64,000 bases of DNA from Desulfovibrionales bacterium (GTDB lineage Bacteria > Desulfobacterota > Desulfovibrionia > Desulfovibrionales > Desulfomicrobiaceae), in NCBI GenBank assembly GCA_012727715.1, contig JAAYGN010000197.1, positions 2,060 to 66,059 on the forward strand, given 5' to 3'. Numbering within the stretch: the stretch's first letter is position 1; each line of letters begins with the position of its first letter. The position numbers were made by a program, and so were the translations under genes. Positions 7,053 to 16,459 of this stretch are shown in pieces. The notes beneath the pieces are model-generated. The model was not told the DNA's origin. It ran no database searches and saw only the letters and a list, made by a program, of their open reading frames with translations.

Positions 7053-8011
7053 TGGCCCTGCTCCAACATGCGCTGATCCTTGGACAAGTCACGACCCTGA
7101 GTAGTCAGATAATTACCAATCATCATGCCATTGGCTCCAGCCAGAAACAGCCAGGACTGATAGTCCCCCAAAACCTGTTCCCGTCCTCCTGCAATGGTGA
7201 TATTGGTGTTTGGCAGAAAAAAACGAAACAAGGCCACAGATTTTAAGGCATCATGCACGGATAACAGCTGTTGTCTCTCCAGGGGGGTGCCCGGTATGGG
7301 TACCAAAAAATTTAAGGGCACTGTGTCCACCTGAAGATCAGCCAAGGTACCGGCCAACTCGACTCGCTGCTCCCAGGATTCACCCAAACCCAAAATTCCT
7401 CCACAGCAGACTTTGAGTCCAAATTCCTGGGCCAAAGCAATGGTTTCCAAATCCTGATCATAACTATGGGTAGAACAAATGGCAGGAAAATAGGAACGAG
7501 CTGTTTCTACATTGTGATGATATCTGGTCAGTCCGGCATCATGTAAACGCTGGGCATACTCTGGCGTCAACAGACCCAGGGAAGCACTGATTTCCAAAGA
7601 AGTCTTTTTTTTCAATAATGCTATACACTGGCAAATGGTATCCATCTCAGCGCTGGTCAGCATAAGACCACTGGTAACCAGGGAAAAGCAACGTGCTCCT
7701 GCTTGAGCCATGGATACCCCCCGGGCCACGAGGTCATCCAGCACAAGTAAAGAGTGAGTTGGTGCGCTGGTACGATAATACCTGCTTTGGGCACAAAAAT
7801 GACAGTCCTGCGAACATGTTCCGGATTTGGCATTAACAATGGCACAGGTAAAAAACCTACTCTGCATAGCCTGGGTAATACTATGGGCAGCCACTAAAAG
7901 ATCCAGGGTGTGCTCTTTAGTCAGGGCAGTTAGAGCCATACCCTCTTCTGGAGTTAAGGATCGGCCTCCCAGGACTTTTTGGGTCAGGGTACGAATCAAA
8001 GGATGAGTCAT
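7043..8011 (-). CDS. bioB: Biotin synthase (radical SAM)
   Basis: NAKSGTCSQDCHFCAQS, YHHNVET, VCCGGILGLGE, VPLNFLVPIPGTPL, GNYLTTQG. Confidence 0.88.
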   Translation of the reverse strand: MTHPLIRTLTQKVLGGRSLTPEEGMALTALTKEHTLDLLVAAHSITQAMQSRFFTCAIVNAKSGTCSQDCHFCAQSRYYRTSAPTHSLLVLDDLVARGVSMAQAGARCFSLVTSGLMLTSAEMDTICQCIALLKKKTSLEISASLGLLTPEYAQRLHDAGLTRYHHNVETARSYFPAICSTHSYDQDLETIALAQEFGLKVCCGGILGLGESWEQRVELAGTLADLQVDTVPLNFLVPIPGTPLERQQLLSVHDALKSVALFRFFLPNTNITIAGGREQVLGDYQSWLFLAGANGMMIGNYLTTQGRDLSKDQRMLEQGQWI

Positions 8012-8058
8012 AAGCGAATATCTAAGGTAAAAATGAATAAAAAAAGGTATCTCTATTT

Positions 8059-8220
8059 TAGGGAGATGCTGATTAATTCTGTCATTGCGAGTTTATGCCC
8101 TGTGGGTAGAGCGTAGCGACGTGGTGCTTCGCCAATCTGTAACTTGCTGATAAGTCGGTGATTCTGGATTGCTTCACTTCGTTGGCAATGACTTGTTTCG
8201 GTTTAATCAATGCTTCCTTA
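8059..8220. mobile_element. MITE-like non-autonomous element enclosing GTCAT...ATGAC copy 2 (8081-8192)
   Basis: 18-bp imperfect terminal IRs TAGGGAGATGCTGATTAA / TTAATCAATGCTTCCTTA (12/18, all mismatches transitions); inner GTCATTGCGAG...CAATC...GATTGC...GCAATGAC palindrome; no transposase. Confidence 0.65.
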
Positions 8221-8332
8221 GGTAGTAAATATCCAAGGGACTAATCCAGTATTTTTGATTCTGGTTTTACTCCAGACAATCAACATCCTGGTTCATCATT
8301 ATCTACTGCAAGCACCTGCAAAGATGAGATCA

Positions 8333-8764
8333 TCATTCTCCTGGATCAACGGCCTCCATAAGTTCAATAGTCAGACGTAAAAAATCTGCTTCAGTAATAA
8401 TTCCACAAAGTTTTTTCTCGCAAATGACAGGCAAACAGCCATATTTTTCTTCCAGAAGAAGCCTGGCTGCCTCCTTGATGGACAAATCTGGCAAGACTGT
8501 GAGCACGTCAGTTTGCATGATTTCTTCAATGGGAATGCTTCGTTCAATTTCATTTTGGGTATGGTGATCAATGTCAGCCAATTGCGAAATAGTTGCTGCC
8601 AAAATATCACGGTGAGTGAGCAGACCCACAAAGCATCCTGCATCATCCACAATGGGAATATGTCGGATTCTGGCTAAATCCATCAGATCCTTAGCCGCAC
8701 TAAGACTCTCTTTTTGATTGAGGGTAAAAACATCCCTGCTCATAATACTTTTTACTTGAAACAT
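8333..8764 (-). CDS. CBS-pair domain protein
   Basis: VKSIMS...IRHIPIVD...VGLLTHRDIL; YGCLPVI...GIITEADFL; start moved to ATG 8764. Confidence 0.85.
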   Translation of the reverse strand: MFQVKSIMSRDVFTLNQKESLSAAKDLMDLARIRHIPIVDDAGCFVGLLTHRDILAATISQLADIDHHTQNEIERSIPIEEIMQTDVLTVLPDLSIKEAARLLLEEKYGCLPVICEKKLCGIITEADFLRLTIELMEAVDPGE

Positions 8765-8932
8765 AACCTGCTCCTTATTCGTTTCGTTTGATTCATTCTT
8801 TCTCATTCTTGTGGTGGGGGCAAGAAAAAGGTTGCTGGGAGTATAGCGCTCTTGGTTGACTTGATGGGTGAAATCTGCTTTGCAAACTTTTCTACTAAAA
8901 TTTCCAATGCCTTGACTCTATAGGAGATATTT

Positions 8933-9574
8933 TTGAAAGGCTTGCAACGACTACGTGAGCGTATGGTTCAAGAACAAATTGAAGCCAGGGGTATAACTGA
9001 TGAACGTGTCCTTACTGCTCTGCGCCAGGTCCCTCGCCATCTCTTTGTGGATGAAGCCCTGCAAGCGCAAGCCTATGGAGACCATCCCGTACCCATTGGA
9101 TTGGGACAAACCTTGTCCCAACCCTATATTGTCGCTCTCATGACCACTCTTCTTGTAGTCAGGCCGCAAATGCGCATTCTAGAAATTGGTACTGGATCTG
9201 GCTACCAAGCAGCTATTTTAGCGGTAATGGATGCAGATGTGTACACAGTAGAACGCATCAAGCAATTATACCAGACCGCACGAACTCGACTTTTACATAT
9301 GAAGTATTTTAATATTCGCGTAAAGCTTGATGATGGAACTTTGGGCTGGCCCGAAGAAGGCCCCTTTGATCGTATTATTGTTACTGCCGGAGGCCCTGAA
9401 GTTCCCACTCCTTTGCTTGAGCAATTGGCTGATCCTGGCATTATGGTTATTCCAGTAGGTGCAACCAAAAGAGACCAACGTTTGCTGCGCATCTTTAAAA
9501 AAGATGGTCGCATTCATCAGGAAGATCAAGGAGCAGTTGCCTTTGTAGATCTGGTGGGTTCCCATGGCTGGTAA
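8933..9574 (+). CDS. pcm: Protein-L-isoaspartate O-methyltransferase
   Basis: [37 protein letters not shown]; TTG start with SD GGAG. Confidence 0.95.
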   Translation: MKGLQRLRERMVQEQIEARGITDERVLTALRQVPRHLFVDEALQAQAYGDHPVPIGLGQTLSQPYIVALMTTLLVVRPQMRILEIGTGSGYQAAILAVMDADVYTVERIKQLYQTARTRLLHMKYFNIRVKLDDGTLGWPEEGPFDRIIVTAGGPEVPTPLLEQLADPGIMVIPVGATKRDQRLLRIFKKDGRIHQEDQGAVAFVDLVGSHGW

Positions 9575-9666
9575 AGGACACCCCAACTATTTTTATATTG
9601 ACCCACAAAAACCTATATAGTTAATAAAGCTAAAAAATACCATCGTATCAGTGAAGTGGAGGAAAT

Positions 9667-10575
9667 ATGCCTGAAAAAAAACCTGCTTGCTCAGAATGCT
9701 CCAGTAAAAGCACTTTGCATACCATCCAAGATAGCCCGGAATCCACCATGGAACGCCAGAACAAAGTCATAGCCAGCACTCTTTCCAAAATTAAATACAA
9801 ACTTTTTGTGATGAGTGGAAAAGGTGGAGTAGGGAAAAGTTCTATCTCAACCAATTTGGCTACAGCCTTATCCCTTAAGGGATATCGTGTAGGACTTTTA
9901 GATGTGGATATCCACGGACCAAGTGTTCCTCATCTTTTGGGTCTTACCGGACTTTTGGAGGTTGACCAGGCCAAGGGCATTCAACCCAAACGCTACAGTG
10001 AAACCTTGTCCGTGGTCTCCATGGAATCCTTGCTCAAGGATCCTGATCAGGCAGTACTCTGGAAAGGACCCATGAAAACCTCTGCCATCCGACAATTTGT
10101 TTCTGACGTGGATTGGGGGGAACTGGATTTTTTGGTCATTGACTCTCCTCCAGGCACTGGGGATGAATCCATGGCCATACTAAAAACCGTACCTGATGCC
10201 CTCAGTATTGTTATTACCACTCCCCAAGAAATCTCCTTGGCTGATGTGCGCAAATCCATCAACTTTCTCCAGTATGTCAAAGCCAATATCCTCGGTGTTG
10301 TAGAAAATATGAGTGGTCTTATTTGTCCCCATTGTGCCCAAGAAATTGACCTCTTTAAAAAAGGCGGGGGACAAGAATTGGCCCAAAAATATGGACTGGA
10401 ATTTTTGGGCGCTATTCCCTTGGATCCGGCCACTGTTGTGGCCGGAGATCTCGGCAAGCCTGTAGTCCTTTTGGATATGGACTGTCCTGCAAAAAGAGCA
10501 TTGCTTGACTTGGCTGAACGGGTTATTGAGGTAACTGAAAACAGTTTAGAAGTGCTTTCCAGTAGCCACATCTAA
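9667..10575 (+). CDS. mrp: Mrp/NBP35 (ApbC) Fe-S cluster carrier ATPase
   Basis: SGKGGVGKS, DVDIHGPS, WKGPMKT, DSPPGTGD, VENMSGLICPHC. Confidence 0.92.
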   Translation: MPEKKPACSECSSKSTLHTIQDSPESTMERQNKVIASTLSKIKYKLFVMSGKGGVGKSSISTNLATALSLKGYRVGLLDVDIHGPSVPHLLGLTGLLEVDQAKGIQPKRYSETLSVVSMESLLKDPDQAVLWKGPMKTSAIRQFVSDVDWGELDFLVIDSPPGTGDESMAILKTVPDALSIVITTPQEISLADVRKSINFLQYVKANILGVVENMSGLICPHCAQEIDLFKKGGGQELAQKYGLEFLGAIPLDPATVVAGDLGKPVVLLDMDCPAKRALLDLAERVIEVTENSLEVLSSSHI

Positions 10576-10589
10576 CCTTTTTAGAGTGT

Positions 10590-11192
10590 ATGATTCGTAT
10601 TTTTTGCTTTTTCTCCTTTTTTTGTTTTTGCTGCTTCATGCAAGCAGAAAGGACAAGTTACGCCAAAAATTTCTATTATACAGTCAAAGAAGATGGCACA
10701 TTGTGCATAACAGACAAGCCCACGTCCTCAAAATACAAGCCCTATACCTTTCAGCGTTCCATTAATTATATCCGTAATGCACTCATTGCCTTTAAAAGAG
10801 ATCAACGCAGTGTAGAGGAAGTCAATGCCATTGTTTCCAATTTGTGTAACAAATATCAGATTGATAAAAAACTGGTTATGGCTGTCATTGATGTTGAATC
10901 AGGATTTAATGCTGCGGCTGTATCCTCAGCAGGAGCTCAGGGGCTCATGCAGATTATGCCCCAAACAGGACAAGAGCTTGATTTGGCCGACCCCTTTGAC
11001 CCTTCAGAAAATATTGATGCCGGCATACGCTACCTTCGATATCTGTTAAATGAATTTTCCGATACAAAACTGGCTGTGGCTGCGTACAACGCAGGACCTA
11101 ATGCTGTAAAAAGGTATGGTGGGATCCCACCATATACAGAGACGCAGGACTATGTTCAAAAAGTTTGGACAAGACTTAATTACTACCAATAA
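10590..11192 (+). CDS. Lytic transglycosylase (SLT domain)
   Basis: VIDVESGFN, AQGLMQIMP, AAYNAGP, ETQDYV; N-terminal hydrophobic signal. Confidence 0.9.
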   Translation: MIRIFCFFSFFCFCCFMQAERTSYAKNFYYTVKEDGTLCITDKPTSSKYKPYTFQRSINYIRNALIAFKRDQRSVEEVNAIVSNLCNKYQIDKKLVMAVIDVESGFNAAAVSSAGAQGLMQIMPQTGQELDLADPFDPSENIDAGIRYLRYLLNEFSDTKLAVAAYNAGPNAVKRYGGIPPYTETQDYVQKVWTRLNYYQ

Positions 11193-11736
11193 TTCCTCAC
11201 TTAATGTGCCCAATGCACTCACAGTATTTCGAATTTTTGTAGTACCTTTTATTATCATCTTGTTGTATTTTCCAGGTCCCACTACATGTATGCTGGCCAC
11301 CTTGTTTTTTCTTGTGGCCATCCTGACCGACCTTGCTGATGGTTTTTTGGCCCGCAAGTTCAACCAGGTAACGAATTTTGGCAAATTTCTTGACCCCCTG
11401 GCAGATAAAATCCTCATTGCTTCAGTGTTGGTCATGCTGGTAGAGTTAAACTGGGTTTCAGCCTGGGTGGCCATTATCATCATTGTACGCGAAATTTTAG
11501 TGACAGGGCTTCGTGCTGTCGCGGCAGACAAAGGCCAAGTTATTGCTGCGGATAAGTATGGAAAACTTAAAACAATTATGCAAAGCATTGCTTTAATTCC
11601 ACTCATTTATCATTACCCAATTTTTGGTTATAATATCGTCATTCTTGGACATGTACTTCTTTTTACTGCCCTGATATTAACCATATACTCTGGATGGAAT
11701 TATCTGTATGGTTTTTATAAAATCTGGGGAGAATAG
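11152..11736 (+). CDS. pgsA: CDP-diacylglycerol--glycerol-3-phosphate 3-phosphatidyltransferase (start uncertain)
   Basis: PNALTVFR, TDLADGFLARK...GKFLDPLADK, REILVTGLR, GKLKT. Confidence 0.9.
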   Translation: MFKKFGQDLITTNNSSLNVPNALTVFRIFVVPFIIILLYFPGPTTCMLATLFFLVAILTDLADGFLARKFNQVTNFGKFLDPLADKILIASVLVMLVELNWVSAWVAIIIIVREILVTGLRAVAADKGQVIAADKYGKLKTIMQSIALIPLIYHYPIFGYNIVILGHVLLFTALILTIYSGWNYLYGFYKIWGE

Positions 11737-11847
11737 ATTTTCAAATTTTGGTTTTTTTCTTGGCAAGAAAGAGCATGAAGCTTTTGTGGACCTGTATTTT
11801 TTAATAATTTCTTGGAAAACTCCTGTTTTTTTATATGAGGTGTATAC

Positions 11848-12930
11848 ATGGCGCAAATTGATGCTTTTTTTAAAATGATGCATGAGCTGGGCGCGTCTGA
11901 CTTGCATCTGTCGTCAGGATCACAACCCATAGTTCGCCTTCAAGGTGAAATGCAGCGCGTCAAGTACAAAGTATTGGAGCATGAAGAATTAAAAAAAATG
12001 CTCTATGAAATCACCCCTGAAAACAAAATTAAAACCTTTGAAGAAACAGGGGATGTGGACTTTTCTTATGAAGTCCCGCACATGGCCCGTTATCGAGTCA
12101 ACTTTTTCATGCAAAAACGAGGAATTGGTGCAGCATTTCGAGAAATTCCTCAAAAAATTCTCACTATTGATGAACTCGGCTTACCTGGCATCCTCAAAAA
12201 CTTGGCCATGTTACCCAAAGGCTTGGTACTGGTCACCGGTCCCACAGGAAGTGGTAAATCCACCACTTTGGCTGCCATTATTGATCATGTGAACAAGCTC
12301 CGTAAAGACCACATTCTCACCATTGAAGACCCCATTGAGTTTGTCCATGAGCCCCAAAACTGCCTTATCAACCAAAGGGAAGTAGGACGGGACACGTTAA
12401 CCTTTAGCGCTGCCTTACGCGGTGCCTTGCGTGAAGACCCAGATATTATTCTGGTAGGTGAAATGCGTGACCTGGAAACCATCCAACTGGCCCTGGAAGC
12501 TGCTGAGACAGGACATTTGGTCTTTGCAACCTTACACACCATTTCTGCCTCCAAAACCATTGACCGTATCATTGAAGTCTTTCCTGGCGAATTGCAGGGC
12601 CAGATCCGTTCTGGACTGGCAGACTCTTTGCGGGCTATTGTTGCACAAAACTTGTTCAAACGTGTTGATCGTCCTGGTCGTGTGGCTGGCATTGAAATTC
12701 TCATTGCCACACCAGCAGTACGCAATCTCATTCGGGAAAATAAAATTTTCCAAATTAATTCTGTCATTGAAACTGGAAAGAAATTTGGTATGCAAAGTAT
12801 TGATGATGCCATTTTAAAGCTGTTAACCGCTGGGATCATTGATCCTGAACAAGCATATAACAAGGCGGCCACCAAATCCAAGTTCAGAGAATTTTTAACA
12901 AGTCCGCCTCAAGACTTTACCGAGGTATAA
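11848..12930 (+). CDS. pilT: Type IV pilus retraction ATPase PilT
   Basis: GASDLHL, GPTGSGKST, TIEDPIE, LREDPDIILVGEMRD, AVRNLIRE (PilT AIRNLIRE-like). Confidence 0.92.
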   Translation: MAQIDAFFKMMHELGASDLHLSSGSQPIVRLQGEMQRVKYKVLEHEELKKMLYEITPENKIKTFEETGDVDFSYEVPHMARYRVNFFMQKRGIGAAFREIPQKILTIDELGLPGILKNLAMLPKGLVLVTGPTGSGKSTTLAAIIDHVNKLRKDHILTIEDPIEFVHEPQNCLINQREVGRDTLTFSAALRGALREDPDIILVGEMRDLETIQLALEAAETGHLVFATLHTISASKTIDRIIEVFPGELQGQIRSGLADSLRAIVAQNLFKRVDRPGRVAGIEILIATPAVRNLIRENKIFQINSVIETGKKFGMQSIDDAILKLLTAGIIDPEQAYNKAATKSKFREFLTSPPQDFTEV

Positions 12931-12931
12931 T

Positions 12932-14107
12932 ATGCAAAGAGCTCAGCTTGATCACTTGTTGCATCAGGTTCTTGATTTTTCACCTGATACCTCTGACATC
13001 ATTTTTACAGTCAATAAGCCTGTCCAGGTAGAAGTGCACGGGGAGCTCCACAATGCGAAAATAGACTCCAATCCTGGCCCCCTACTGCCCTTTCAAGTGG
13101 AAGCCATTGCCATGTGCCTGATGGGGCGAAAGCTGCGCCTCTATGAGGACCAACTGCGCACTGGTTCCTGTGACCTATCCTATGAATTACCTGGTCGTTG
13201 TCGGTTTAGGGTCAATGTTTTGGGACAAAAAGGCTCCCTGGCTATTGTTATGCGTAAACTCACCTCCAAGGTGCCCACCATTGCTGAATTGGGCCTGCCT
13301 GAAATTTTTCATACCATGGCTCAGGAAAAATTTGGCCTGATCCTGGTCACTGGTGCCACAGGAACAGGCAAGACCACATCCTTGGCTGCCCTGATTGACA
13401 ATATTAACCAGCTGCACAGGAAGCATATTGTTACTCTGGAAGACCCTATTGAATATGTTCATGAACACAAATTGGGCACAGTCAATCAGCGAGAGCTGGG
13501 CCTGGACTTTGATAGCTTTGCATCAGGACTGCGAGCTGCATTACGTCAAGCACCCAAGGTTATTTTAGTTGGTGAAATTCGGGATCGGGAAACCATCACT
13601 ATTGCCCTAGAAGCTGCTGAAACAGGGCATTTGGTCCTGGGAACCTTGCATACCAGTGACACCGGTCAGACCATTAACCGTATTATAGGTATGTTTGAAC
13701 TGGCTGAAGAACGACTGATCCGCTCCCGACTTGCTGAAAGTATCAAATATGTTGTTTCCCAGCGGCTCATGCCCAAGATTAGCGGTGGACGGATTCCAGC
13801 CTTTGAAATACTAAGAACAAGTTTACGAATTAAAGAAGTTATTTATCATGGAGAAAATGACGAAAAAAATTTCTACTCCATTGTGGAAAGTGGTGATGCA
13901 TACGGAATGATCACTTTTGATAAATATCTTGGCAACCTATTCTATGAAAATATCATTACAGAAGAGGTGGCCATGCTCAATGGATCTGACAAATCGCGTC
14001 TGGCTCAGATGATAGATAAAATTAAAGCAGCTCGCGGAGAAAAGGTTACTGATATTGATGGCCTTGAACTTGACCATGAATATGAACGAAAAAGCGTTCT
14101 TTTTTAG
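12932..14107 (+). CDS. pilU: Second PilT/PilU-family retraction ATPase
   Basis: GATGTGKTT, LEDPIE, LRQAPKVILVGEIRD; lacks AIRNLIRE. Confidence 0.75.
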   Translation: MQRAQLDHLLHQVLDFSPDTSDIIFTVNKPVQVEVHGELHNAKIDSNPGPLLPFQVEAIAMCLMGRKLRLYEDQLRTGSCDLSYELPGRCRFRVNVLGQKGSLAIVMRKLTSKVPTIAELGLPEIFHTMAQEKFGLILVTGATGTGKTTSLAALIDNINQLHRKHIVTLEDPIEYVHEHKLGTVNQRELGLDFDSFASGLRAALRQAPKVILVGEIRDRETITIALEAAETGHLVLGTLHTSDTGQTINRIIGMFELAEERLIRSRLAESIKYVVSQRLMPKISGGRIPAFEILRTSLRIKEVIYHGENDEKNFYSIVESGDAYGMITFDKYLGNLFYENIITEEVAMLNGSDKSRLAQMIDKIKAARGEKVTDIDGLELDHEYERKSVLF

Positions 14108-14121
14108 TGGAGAACAAGAAT

Positions 14122-14706
14122 ATGGAAATTACCTGCGGGAACTGTAATACTTCTTTTGTCATCCCCAAAAACCGGATTCCTGACGTTAATAAATTTAAAC
14201 TAAATTGCCCCAAATGTAGAGAGCCAATTGTCATTGATAAAGGTTCCTCACCTGAACCTCTTGTACCCCCCGAACATTTTCCACATAATGCTGTTGTTGC
14301 TTTTATTTTTGTAACTAACGATTCAATACTGGCAACAATGAAATCTGATCTAGAATCAAAAAATATTTATACGTCTATAGCACAACATGTTACAGAAGCA
14401 GTAGAAAAAATTCGCATCAATTACTATGATATTATCATTTTGGAAGAAGGTGACTTTGTCAAACCAATTCTAGATATTATTAAAACATGGAATGGCATAC
14501 GACGTCGCGAGGTCAATGTTATTATTGTCCAAACCTCTGGAACAAGCTTACAAGAACAGGAAGCATTCTTGCGCGGAGTTAATGCGGTCATAAGCCGTAA
14601 CGATGCTGGACAAATCAGTAAATTTCTTGCCCTGGCCATGGATAACTATGCCCATACCATTGAGCCATGGAAACTTTCTGCACAAAAGATACAGCACCAT
14701 ATATAA
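14122..14706 (+). CDS. Zinc-ribbon (MJ0042-type) plus degenerate receiver-like domain protein
   Basis: ITCGNC...LNCPKC ribbon; YYDIIILEE resembles receiver beta3; ATG 14122 has SD GGAG. Confidence 0.65.
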   Translation: MEITCGNCNTSFVIPKNRIPDVNKFKLNCPKCREPIVIDKGSSPEPLVPPEHFPHNAVVAFIFVTNDSILATMKSDLESKNIYTSIAQHVTEAVEKIRINYYDIIILEEGDFVKPILDIIKTWNGIRRREVNVIIVQTSGTSLQEQEAFLRGVNAVISRNDAGQISKFLALAMDNYAHTIEPWKLSAQKIQHHI

Positions 14707-14711
14707 TTCTT

Positions 14712-14990
14712 ATGCGTAAAAAGAAAAGTATTCTTATTCTCCTTTTTTGCTGTTTGAACCTGACCATGCTCTACAAATTCTTTGATGCCCAAAGTGGGTT
14801 GCCTGCGTATAAAGAGTTACATGCCAAAATCGAAGAAATAAAAAATAAAATTGAGCATGTGGAAACCTTAAACAGACAGCGAAGTTCTGAAATTCGGGTA
14901 TTAAAAAAGGACCATAAATACGTTGAGCGATTGATAAAGCGTGAGCTTTATTTTGTATCGGATAATGAAATTATGTATATTCTTAAATAA
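14712..14990 (+). CDS. ftsB: Septum formation initiator FtsB/DivIC
   Basis: Single TM, SGLPAYKEL, coiled coil, YVERLIKRELYFVSDNEIMY. Confidence 0.8.
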   Translation: MRKKKSILILLFCCLNLTMLYKFFDAQSGLPAYKELHAKIEEIKNKIEHVETLNRQRSSEIRVLKKDHKYVERLIKRELYFVSDNEIMYILK

Positions 14991-14992
14991 TT

Positions 14993-15757
14993 ATGCAAAA
15001 TACACTTCATCTTTTTGACGAACTTCTTGAGCATGACCCAGGGTCTAAGATTTTTTTTCCCCTGGCTCGCCTGTATAAGCGACATGGGTACATTAAGCGT
15101 GCTATTGAGATAGTTCAAAAAGGTATTGGCCACCACCCAGACTACTTGGAGGCACAGTTTTTTCTTATTGAACTCTTCTATGACACAGGGGACGTTAGTG
15201 CTGCCGAAGCCCAGGCCCATGCATTGTTTCAAAAATTACTTATCTATGACAAATTCTGGTTTGCCTTGAGAACATACTATGCCAAAAACAATCAGGAAGA
15301 TATGCAATTAGCTTCCTATATCATGGAACGTAAAGCTCATGACAGCCAGGTGGATTTGCTCAAACTTCTCACCTGTGGTATTGCTCATTACTCTGACCAG
15401 AGCACTGACCAGGAAAATTTACAGGAACCAGAACACGATCTCGATGCCGAGGAAGTAACTCAATTTTTTATCAACTCGGGTATTAAAACAAAGACCATGG
15501 CCAAACTCTTGGCTGCTCAAGGTGAACATAGCCAGGCCATCGCCATTTGTGACGAGCTCCTTGCTCAAGCTAACCAGGCTGAGGATATCAAGGATCTGCA
15601 AATTTTACGAGAACAATCTTTACATATTGTCCAAGCCCAAGAAGTTTCCCAGACAGAAAAAACAACAAAACTCTATCATGTATTAAATGACTTGGCCACA
15701 CGTCTGGAAAATCGTTCCAAGGAACAGCCAGTCTCTACCTCTTCACATACCAACTAA
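14993..15757 (+). CDS. TPR-containing protein
   Basis: DPGSKIFFPLARLY...GIGHHPDYLEA; TKTMAKLLAAQG...AIAICDELL. Confidence 0.75.
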   Translation: MQNTLHLFDELLEHDPGSKIFFPLARLYKRHGYIKRAIEIVQKGIGHHPDYLEAQFFLIELFYDTGDVSAAEAQAHALFQKLLIYDKFWFALRTYYAKNNQEDMQLASYIMERKAHDSQVDLLKLLTCGIAHYSDQSTDQENLQEPEHDLDAEEVTQFFINSGIKTKTMAKLLAAQGEHSQAIAICDELLAQANQAEDIKDLQILREQSLHIVQAQEVSQTEKTTKLYHVLNDLATRLENRSKEQPVSTSSHTN

Positions 15758-15774
15758 AAACCTTGGCATAATTT

Positions 15775-16458
15775 ATGAAAAAACTTGTACTCTTCAGCCT
15801 TATTTTTGCTTTTATGGGATGTCGTCCTATAACCATTACTCAGCGATACTATCAGGAATATGTCAGCCCCAAGCCCAGTATAAGTTATGAAGAGATTGAT
15901 TTTGACAATATTCCTACTGACTTTTTAAATACTTACTATGATATTGACTCCCGATTTGTACGGGTAGCTAACACTATAGACTTGACAGAAAACTTTGAAC
16001 TTACGCTCCAATCATCCCATCCTGACACACAATGGATAAAAAACTTTGCTTCTTTTGATGCTGATCATATTTTTGTTTCTGGCGATGATGTCATTGGATA
16101 CGACCCAGTCGTACGTAAGCTCATGGATGAGACTCAAGAGGAGACTTCTTTTTTCAAAGAGGCTGCTGACCGACTCTTTTGGCTGAATATCATCACCAAA
16201 GAAGAAGAGAATAAACACTACCTTATTTTTGAAATAGATAAGGATTTCCTCTTGTCCCTGAAAACTTCTGATGCTTTTTCTTTTGTGGTAGATGGACTGC
16301 CCCTTGAAAAAAACCATGCCTTTTCTCCTGAAAGACTCCCCAAAATACAAAAAAAGAAACAGTATTCAGGATCCTATCGGGAAGAACAAAAGCGAATATA
16401 TTGGATTAGAAGTATGGCTGCTGACAACTTGTATTATTTCTTCAACAATCAGAGGTAG
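15775..16458 (+). CDS. Hypothetical lipoprotein
   Basis: [16 protein letters not shown] lipobox. Confidence 0.65.
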   Translation: MKKLVLFSLIFAFMGCRPITITQRYYQEYVSPKPSISYEEIDFDNIPTDFLNTYYDIDSRFVRVANTIDLTENFELTLQSSHPDTQWIKNFASFDADHIFVSGDDVIGYDPVVRKLMDETQEETSFFKEAADRLFWLNIITKEEENKHYLIFEIDKDFLLSLKTSDAFSFVVDGLPLEKNHAFSPERLPKIQKKKQYSGSYREEQKRIYWIRSMAADNLYYFFNNQR

Positions 16459-16459
16459 T

